The translations under genes and the position numbers were made by a program. Below the pieces are notes generated by a model. The model searched no databases, had not been told where the DNA came from, and saw nothing but the letters and a program-made list of their open reading frames with translations. A stretch of DNA of 60,000 bases from Laetmonice hystrix (lineage: Eukaryota): NCBI GenBank assembly GCA_965235115.1, contig OZ249436.1, forward strand, positions 43,960,001 through 44,020,000, given 5' to 3'. Positions 51,429-60,000 of this stretch are shown here, piece by piece; positions within the stretch are counted from its first letter, which is position 1; each line of letters starts with the position of its first letter.

Positions 51429-52673
51429 GTGAGTGAGTGAGTGAGTGAGTGAGTGAGTGAGTAGTGGTGGTTTTCCGCCGTGACGGCATCTGGGGCCATC
51501 TTCACGGCGAAAACAGGGTTAAAAGACCATGAAATGAAAGGAACCTATTTTATCCCGGGCCCCAACGGGAATATCATTAAAACACACTCCATCCTGTCAG
51601 CCCAACTGGGCTATCAACGAGCCTGAACTATAGAAGAGTCAGAAGTCCTGCTTCTGACAAAAACTCTAAAATCAGTCCTGGTCTGACATTGTTAAAAAGA
51701 TCCATAAGACTTGTCTCACCATAAATCCGTTGTCTGATCAGAGTAAAATCACCACACACAAGTAAAAGATGCTTCAGTGTCAAAGGACGCTGACAGCCAT
51801 GACACTCTGGAGGTGGCTCCCCCTTCAATAAAAACACGTGGGTTAATCTAGAATGACCAATCCTGCATCGAGTATAAACAATTTCATGCCTACGTTGGGT
51901 TAGGCCGTGAAGACACCTTTGGTTCCCGACAGGACTGATCTGATACAATTTATTGTTTGGTTGTTCATCCCATTCGGCCTGCCATTTGTTCTTAATGTAA
52001 GCCCAGATGGTAGGTCTGAGGTCAGAGGCTGGGATTGGACACAATTCGACGTCTGTTTCAAGAGCCCTCTTGGCAGTTCTGTCAGCTTGCTCATTGCCCG
52101 GGATACCAACATGCCCAGGCACCCAGCAAAAGTGAATATCAAAGTTTGCATTGGCAAGCACTGCCAACTTGGACAAGATTTGAACGATCACTGGGTGATC
52201 TGTGTTCAAGTTAGCAAGTGCTTGCAGACAGGATAAGGAATCCGAGAAAATGAGGAAATCCTTTTCACTAGAAACTTCAATATTTTGAAGGGCAAGAAGC
52301 AGGGCCCGGGCCTCTGCTGAGAAGATGGAACTTTGCCCTGAGATGCGGGTGCTGAAGTTGTGCTTGCCATGAACTACAGCCGCAGACACATCACTGCCAT
52401 CCTTTGAGCCATCAGTATAGAAGGCATAATGTGAGGGATACCTTGCCTGGACGTCAAGAAAATGTTCAAAATATGTCAGGGGATGAGTCTCTGACTTCTT
52501 CAGTTGAGCCAACTGAAGAATGACATCAGGCTTTTCTAGGTCCCAAGAAGGAATGTTGCAAAAATGTGTCTGCCCCAGGACGTTCAGATCAATATCCAGT
52601 TCCTCTAGATGAAGTTTCACCCTCAGTCCAAAAGGACGTATGTACGTTTCCTTTCTTTCATATAGATGTTGGA
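51429..52673 (-). mobile_element. 5'-truncated non-LTR retrotransposon (I-group/Nimb-like), open copy
   Basis: ORF2 C-terminal part, short 3' UTR with hairpin, (ACTC)n tail, flanked by tcctcagtcMtag duplication. Confidence 0.92.
51628..52673 (-). pseudogene. LINE ORF2 fragment: RNase H domain plus C-terminal CCHC zinc knuckle
   Basis: YTDGSK, AEARAL, FSDSLS, WVPGHVGIPGNEQAD, RIGHSRLTH, CHGC-x7-H-x4-C; no RT or endonuclease; predicted N-terminus MDSITEEYVSESGELQWTLGL is minisatellite-derived. Confidence 0.88.
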
Positions 52674-53599
52674 TCCTCAGTCCTAGAGTCCACTGCAATT
52701 CACCACTCTCAGAGACGTATTCCTCAGTGATAGAGTCCACTGTAATTCACCATTCTCAGAGACGTATTCCTCAGTCCCAGAGTCCACTGTAATTCACCAC
52801 TCTCAGGGACGTATTCCTCAGTGATAGAGTCCACTGTAATTCACCATTCTCAGAGACGTATTCCTCAGTCATAGAGTCCACTGTAATTCACCACTCTCAG
52901 AGACGTATTCCTCAGTCATAGAGTCCACTGTAATTCACCATTCTCAAAGACGTATTCCTCAGTGGTAGAGCCCACTGTAATTTACCACTCTCAGAGACGT
53001 ATTCCTCAGTGGTAGAGCCCACTGTAATTCACGTAATTCACCACTCTCAGAGACGTATTCCTCAGTGACTGATAGAGTCTACTCCACTGTAATTGGATCT
53101 CCATCTGTACCTAGCCAGTCAGAAGTTCACAAGTTAGGCCTTTGGATCAGCGATGTCGGAAGCCAATTTGTGTGTGTGTGTGGGGGGGGGGGCAACAACT
53201 AGGTACTGTTCAGAGCATTTTAGACTGTGTACGCGGCAAATGGACAGAACTCGGCCCTCTCTTTAGGCTCACTGGGACATATATTGTGGGGAGGGGGGAC
53301 ATAGTCTGTCCCCCAGTTTTTTGGTTGAGGGTCATGGCCCCTGTGCCCCCCTCGCCCGCTTTCAACATCACTGCTTGGGATTATTTTGTTTCTATATAGT
53401 GAGGATTGAGAACGACATCTCTCTCGTTTACTTTTTTCGCCACTGGCATGTCGCCAGATAGTTTTAAGAGGAGAGTACGCAGGAGTTCATATAGGTAAGT
53501 TGTCATGTCGCGTGTAGCACCGTATAGGCCTACATACAAATAAAAAATAGGGCCACGGTCACATATAGTTGCTCTTCGGCTCTTGGGAGCACAGGCGGT

Positions 53600-53745
53600 C
53601 AACTCGGGGTTCAAATACACTCCGTGTCTCATGTGTGAAAATTTGTCAGTTACTTGCTGCAGGATCGATGGGTTCCCCAGCACTCCAGTCTCTTCCACCC
53701 TGTAAAACTACCCACCCGACGATATGACCCTGGCTGTTGACGAGA
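53600..53745 (+). mobile_element. Diverged SINE relic of the same superfamily
   Basis: ggttcaaat B-box-like, catgtgtgaaa..ttgtcagt, gatatgaccctggctgttg shared with the SINE at 38475. Confidence 0.6.
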
Positions 53746-53808
53746 ATGATCGTTATTCTATGAGTGGGTTGATAAAAACAGTTCAAGCAATCGGATACTT
53801 GATATATA

Positions 53809-54658
53809 TTGGGTGGATAAAAAAAACGCCCCGAACTTTAAACTCCAATATTTCAAAAAGTAATGATTGTAATTCAATGAAAGTTTTCTTACTATCACTT
53901 CATGATGTTGTCTCTTAGTTGTTAATGTTACAACTCAATAGCTTGGATAATATTTCCGTAGGCTAAAAACAAAAATCATTGTACAAAAGCGCAATGCCGG
54001 GCTAAAGCGAGTTGTAATCGCACCCAGAGTCCCTGGCCTCACACTAGAGTAGGTGGTCAATCGGTCCCCCGTTTTCACTCCATACTGCTCTCAGTCTCTT
54101 TTTCCATGAGCCAATGCACTTCCTGATCTCTGATAGGGAAATATCTTCCCAACATTGGGAAATACCCAACGTTCTGAATGTGTTGCTAAACGTGATAATG
54201 ATACGATTTCCCTTGAACTTCTCGTTACAGTCACGTCGTCCTAATGTTGCAGTTTCTCTGTAGGGTTTGGCACATTAAACATCTGTTTTTCTCTAAAAGT
54301 ACTAGGAATAGCACATATTTTATTATATCTAGTGGTCCACAACATGATACATATTGTAAAACATGCAAAAACTAAATATTGATTTTTTTTACCCAAGGTA
54401 CAATGCGGTGAATCAAACAGGTGTCAAATTGGACACCTGGCAGCTGCATGATATTTGACCTAATTCCGGCATTGCGTTTTTAGACAATGATTTTTGTTTT
54501 TAGCGCCCCAGGATTAATATCAAAGCTATTGACCTGAACCTTTAACATACCAGAGATAAGATAATGAAGTGATATTAACAGAAATTTTATTTAATTATAA
54601 TTCATAGTTTTTGAAATATTAAAGTTTAAAGTTCGGGGGCGTTTTTTTATCCACCCAT
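53809..54658 (-). mobile_element. Internally deleted Tc1/mariner-superfamily transposon
   Basis: ~190-bp imperfect TIRs (tgggtggataaaaaaaacgccccgaactttaaac...caatgccgg); 54163-54044 reads ISQCWEDISLSEIRKCIGSWKKRLRAVWSENGGPIDHLL*, typical of a Tc1/mariner transposase C-terminus. Confidence 0.8.
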
Positions 54659-55006
54659 ATGGTCAGTTCTCACAGCCTGCAGTCATTTTATAAATATTGG
54701 GGGGGGGGGCAGCAGCCCCTCTGCCTCCAGCTTCCTACGCCCCTGCACATAAACATATCAATGAAAAGGCTGGGCGGGGACCGAACTGTAATAAAGTCTT
54801 GGCCTGGATGTAGGCCAATGCCGTGTGGTGAACTGCTTTCTTGGAAAGAACTTGTTGTCTACCTTCGGGAGTATCCAACATCATCCACAGACCAGGGGCA
54901 GTGTCATTTATCGGGAAAAATTATTGCCTTAGGATTTTTTTTTAAAAGATTTGCTTAACGCTGAGAGTGTGATATAATTGAAATTCATAAAAAAGTCCGC
55001 CACGGA

Positions 55007-55578
55007 TACTACGTAAGGCATGAGTAGATCGGTTAATGTGACACCAAACTACGTAAGGCATGAGTAGATCGGTTAATGTGACACCAAACTACGTAAGGCA
55101 TGAGTAGATAGGGTTAATGTGACACCAAACTACGTAAGGAATGAGTAGATAGGGTTAATGTGACACCAAACTACGTAAGGCATGAGTAGATCGGTTAATG
55201 TGACACCAAACTACGTAAGGCATGAGTAGATAGGGTTAATGTGACACCAAACTACGTAAGGCATGAGTAGATAGGGTTAATGTGACACCAAACTACGTAA
55301 GGCATGAGTAGATCGGTTAATGTGACACCAAACTACGTAAGACATGAGTAGATAGGGTTAATGTGACAACAAACTACGTAAGGCATGAGTAGATAGGGTT
55401 AATGTGACACCAAACTACGTAAGGCATGAGTAGATCAGTTAATGTGACACCAAACTACGTAAGGCATGAGTAGATAGGGTTAATGTGACACCAAACTACG
55501 TAAGGCATGAGTAGATCGGTTAATGTGACACCAAACTACGTAAGGCATGAGTAGATAGGGTTAATGGAACACCAAACT
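55007..55578. repeat. 40-41-bp minisatellite, ~14 copies
   Basis: Unit actacgtaaggcatgagtagatcggttaatgtgacaccaa. Confidence 0.95.
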
Positions 55579-58500
55579 CAAATGATTGATGAAATCTCAC
55601 TTCTGACGAAACACAGAATTTGTAATTTGCACGAAATTGACCCACTTATTTATTTACAAGGCTTTACTTGTTACAAGATCGTTGCTTCTTCCGCCAGGTC
55701 CCTGACTGTGCATGTAAGTACAACAGAGAGACCTATGCATACATAATATGGAAAGACTCTTGTGTTATTGAAATTAATCTGTATGGCTAGACCTACTGCT
55801 GTAGACAAAATGACCAGGACATTCGTCAAATGTTGACACTTTTTCTTATTGACCTATCAGTAAATCTACTCCACAGTGGGGTGGAGTAATAAATATTTTC
55901 ATTATTCATTGAGGGCATACTAAGAAGATTATCAATATTTGCTAGGATTCGCAGGGATTATCAGGTACAATATTAAAATTAGGAATGGTGGTCTGCACGA
56001 CATCAAAGGTTTTAGAATGAGTCGCTTGAACTTCTGGGTCACCATTGTTCCTTAGAAAGTTATTAAAATATTGAAACCCCGGATGTGGGGTAAAGGAGAG
56101 TCGTTCTCAGAAAATGCCTGTGTCATGAACGGTGTTTGAGGCTAAACTGCACATATCAGCATAGTGTACCATGTTGTGATTTGCCGACGCTCTTGGCGTA
56201 GTGACTGGTTCAGTGAATTGCGCCACGTTCCAGCGGTAACTGTGACGTCAGCGTCATTAAAGAGACATTTCGGGAGGAAGTAACCAAAACAATTTCTTTG
56301 GCTGTATTGGTGACATATTTTCATTGAGATTGATTGATATGATGAACAAAGGGCGCAAGATTAGCGTCACTTTCTGTGTTGATTTCTGAACAAGCCCCAC
56401 GGAGATCTTCCTAGTACCACCATCTCTGAGCCCCATATAGACTCAGAATCGACGGTTCACGCTCCCTTTGCCATGTGCTTTCTTGCAGGGATGGGAAGGA
56501 AGCGTACGTGCGCGTGTTTTCTATTTAATATGCTGGTGTACACAATAAAGTGACGTAGTACACAGTTGCGGGGAATCATGGGACGGTCAGATGGCCTGCT
56601 TATAAATATCAGAATATGGCGCCAAGTTAGAATGAAACGGTGCGCACAGAATCAATCTTCTTTTACAACATTCGCAGTGAGAAGAAAGTCTGTCAGTCTG
56701 ATATGACCGGTAAGAATTCGATTACACTGTCAGAAACGCCAATCCGTGCTCCATGAAGTGTGCCTTTAACATCAGAGGGTGGGGCTGAGTAGTTTATCAT
56801 TATACACCTTTCCTAGAAACGAACAAGCAATCAGAAACTTAACCAGGAGTCACTAAGCGCATTGAATGTGTATTTAATATTAATAATGGGGACTAAACTA
56901 TATGAGACACTTTTCAGCATCTTTGGTCCCCCCGCTTTTTTTTGCATACGTAACACGGCCCAGCGAAGTGAGGTTCGGTCGACCTGGTTGTTGGTGTTAG
57001 ATTCCTATAGAACGGCGGTGGTGATGCGCCCTGATAGATCTACCGATCTAGTATATGTTGTACTCAAGAATAACTCTAGAGTAGTTGACCTTTGGCGTTA
57101 TAATACCATGTCGACTGTTGAGGTCACGGCTACAACCATGATTTTAAAGCAAGGCCGAGGTATTTGCTACTATTTCTAAGCAAGATGTGATTATATCTTA
57201 TCATTGATCACCGCGGACAACCTTGAAAATACTCTGACCTTTGAACCTTGCACAGTTTTCTCCAGTGGTGTCATTCAAGTTAAAGTTTCACCTGTGATAC
57301 GCTAGGACATCTCGTCCTAAATACAACATAATGAGGGTTCTGATTGAGAACGGAGATACAAATATATATATCGCTAAAACCTGTCCCAATACTACGCTTC
57401 CTCAGGGACTTTTCAATCATTTCATCTTCTTCCCCAGACATGCGGCAAAGTATGGAACGAGATAGCTGGCGCAGGAATACGGCACAACACCGAAGGTGGA
57501 GTGCCGTATTCAATCAAAACAAATATGGAGTGATTCCATATGTGCGTAGTGCGTAGTTTCATTATTTTCATTGGTTTTGATTACGCACTACGCACTACGC
57601 ACTACGTACAACTGGATTCCTAGCTTCAGTCTCCTATTTCCTGTTTGTCTGCATGGTTTCAATTTGGGAATTTGGCCGTATTCCAAGGGGTAGAAATGTA
57701 CTTATAAAAACACACGGTGACGAACTCCCTACAATAGGCTTGCAGGTGAACTTTTCCTTGCGATTCTGCCGACTATATTAGTGTTATGTGGACGAGCTGT
57801 ATAGGTTGAGAAATACGATGTCAATCCACAGCAGCTGGGTCCAAACTTTTTATTCTCACAACCGTAGCTGGCAGATAGTAGACGTGATTCTACTAATAAT
57901 GACTCTTGCAGATTTTCTGTTATGTATCTGGACTGAACCGACGTGAGACTTTAGTCTGTCTCAGGGCCCCAACGTTACGGCTGTGCCCCCTTGGTCCTTT
58001 CGTTGTTAATCACTTCATAATCTAACAAACGGCAGGTCGACCCACATTGACAGGTTCACGGACCGTAAGAACTATAGTCTCGCTTCTATGCATTGAGGAA
58101 ACGGATAGGGGGCATAGTAAGTTTGGGTATATTGAAAGGCTGGTTTACTAAGGGCCGAGTGGGTGCTGCCCCAGTTTGTGAAGAAATGAGTCCTCCCAGT
58201 GTAGTCAGAAGGGAAAGGACAACGGAGAAAACTACTGAACTATAATAATACATGTGTACGGAACTATCACCAACCTCATATTGCATAGTCTGTCAACAGG
58301 CGCTATTCTTGTTCTTGTCAAACAATAATGGTATTATTCGTCCCTTTCATTATTAAATAAATTGATGCGATCAGAGATCTGTCAGCTAAACGGAATTAAT
58401 TTTCCGAGAGAGATAAAAAAAAAACGATATCGTAAAAAAGCCACTGACAGACAAGCATATGGTTACAATTAAGTCAAGGCTAGATAACTGATATCAACAT

Positions 58501-58930
58501 GTAAAATCTGATATCAACATGTAAAATCAACTTCCGCATATCAACCCTCGGACTAACGGTGTTCTTGATTTTGGTGTGGCAGATTTTACAAAGTATTTAA
58601 TAGGGGGCCTAGTCGGATCGAGATACCAGCGAGATACTACCTTGAGGAGTATGACAAGTAGGCCTAACACTCTTTATACCATTCGAAACAAAACCTATTG
58701 TATTAAAACTCAACAACAGTATTTTAGCGTTTCGTTAAAAATACGCGTTAAAATAAAAAAAAGGTCTGGCTTACTACCCTGCTCGTTACTAACGAATCGT
58801 TAACTTTACTTGACTATAGAAATGAATTGGTCCCAACTCGTTAATGAACTCGTTATAAACAAGTAGCCTGCTATTCATTTCTACACAAAATCTGGTTTGG
58901 GTCAAAGAGTTTAGGTTCAACTGGCCCCTG

Positions 58931-59072
58931 GAGCCCGTCTCACTAAGGCTGGTTAATAACCAGATCGTTACATTAACATAGGAGTGAATGGAAGGCTGCT
59001 GGTTACTGTCACCATTCCATGCTATGTTAACTTAACGATCTAGTTATTAATCAGCCTTATTGAGACGGGCCC
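58931..59072. mobile_element. Palindromic MITE with CTG TSD (Harbinger-like)
   Basis: ctg|gagcccgtctcactaaggctggttaataaccagatcgtta ... taacgatctagttattaatcagccttattgagacgggccc|ctg. Confidence 0.75.
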
Positions 59073-60000
59073 CTGGGCCGGCAAATTCCCAACCTGCCCG
59101 TTAAACAAGTCTGTGACTGCACGTCTGACAAAAGGAAAACCACTGACATCAAAAGGACTCAAGAATCCAAACTCAAAAAAATATACAAAAATCATAAACA
59201 AGTAAGTACTTCATCCGGAGGGGCAAGGAGCGACCTCCACCTTACATAAACCAGGGTTTCTATACTTTTATTGACATTTTGTGTCCCAGTCGATTTATTC
59301 ACTTCCCACATGTAAAACATTGACATAACGGGTATATATTATATTGTATATATTGAAGATAATTAGGGAGTAAGACACGCACACATATCAAATATTCTAC
59401 TTATAGATAAATATGTTCTTATCAGTCGAAAGTGCAGTTGTCACTCCATGACACCAAAATGGCTTGTCTCACTACTGATTTCTTTATAATCAACTATTTG
59501 TAAAAGTTAATTGGTCTAATTAATTAAAAACACATACATGTTTCTTTAAGACTGACTTGCTCCCGGGGGGGGGGGGTTGCACTGTCCCACAAGTTCATGT
59601 CACTCTATGATAGGAATGTTTGGCCTGGTGAATTAAGTACATAGAATGTGTGTGTAAGTAGCACCATGCCTGTATTTTGCCATTTTGCCATGGCAAGATC
59701 CTGTGCAGAAGGGTCAATAACTGCATGGCCCCCACGTAGAAAAGAAGCTGACAGATTTGTGTTTTCTTCTGCAAAGGTTACATGTTAATTATCTGTCAAC
59801 TCAGTGACACTTCCCCTGTATACCTGAAGGACGTGACATGTAGGAAACTACTATCAAAACTAACTCCTGGGAGACCTCTTCAAAAGTCGCACATGGCTTG
59901 AGTGATAATAGGGAAATGTCTAGTGCTAAGTGCCCATATAGGTAAATTTTGTCACTCCATGACAGTCTAACGGCCCCGTCATGAAGTTACAAATCATTTT

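Larger units (their letters stand above)
48317..53093. repeat. 47-bp minisatellite in three blocks split by two LINE copies
   Basis: Unit agagtccactgtaattcaccactctcagagacgtattcctcagtcat at 48317-49057, 50289-51428 and 52674-53093. Confidence 0.96.

Noticed and set aside
51628..52740. Cellular RNase H1 gene
   Set aside because: Followed by LINE-type zinc knuckle, 3' hairpin and microsatellite tail; 5' truncated and duplicated.

Overview
Repeat-rich eukaryotic (metazoan, probably marine invertebrate) genomic DNA with no prokaryotic features. The only host gene I can support is the 5' end of an ABCA-subfamily ABC transporter on the minus strand, missed as a gene by the ORF track: coding exon 1 (23429-23361, MGKLLRQFHMLLWQKLLRRRRSL) and coding exon 2 (7956-7863, 94 nt, VVMLLEVVWPAFLFSVVIAVRSGSPPVKRPG(C)), separated by a ~15.4 kb intron; the rest of the gene presumably lies left of the window. 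About a third of the window is ~20 mostly unrelated minisatellite arrays (20-112 bp units), which explain nearly all long ORFs. It also holds two copies of a 5'-truncated RNase H-bearing LINE inside a 47-bp array, tRNA-derived V-type SINEs whose 3' tail resembles that LINE's 3' end, a deleted Tc1/mariner element and several MITEs. Most striking: the 76-bp minisatellite is an 11-fold amplification of the ABCA exon-2 splice acceptor plus the first ~31 coding nt, and a 20-bp array in the same intron gives ~17 tandem CAG|GTAAGT splice donors on the transcribed strand.
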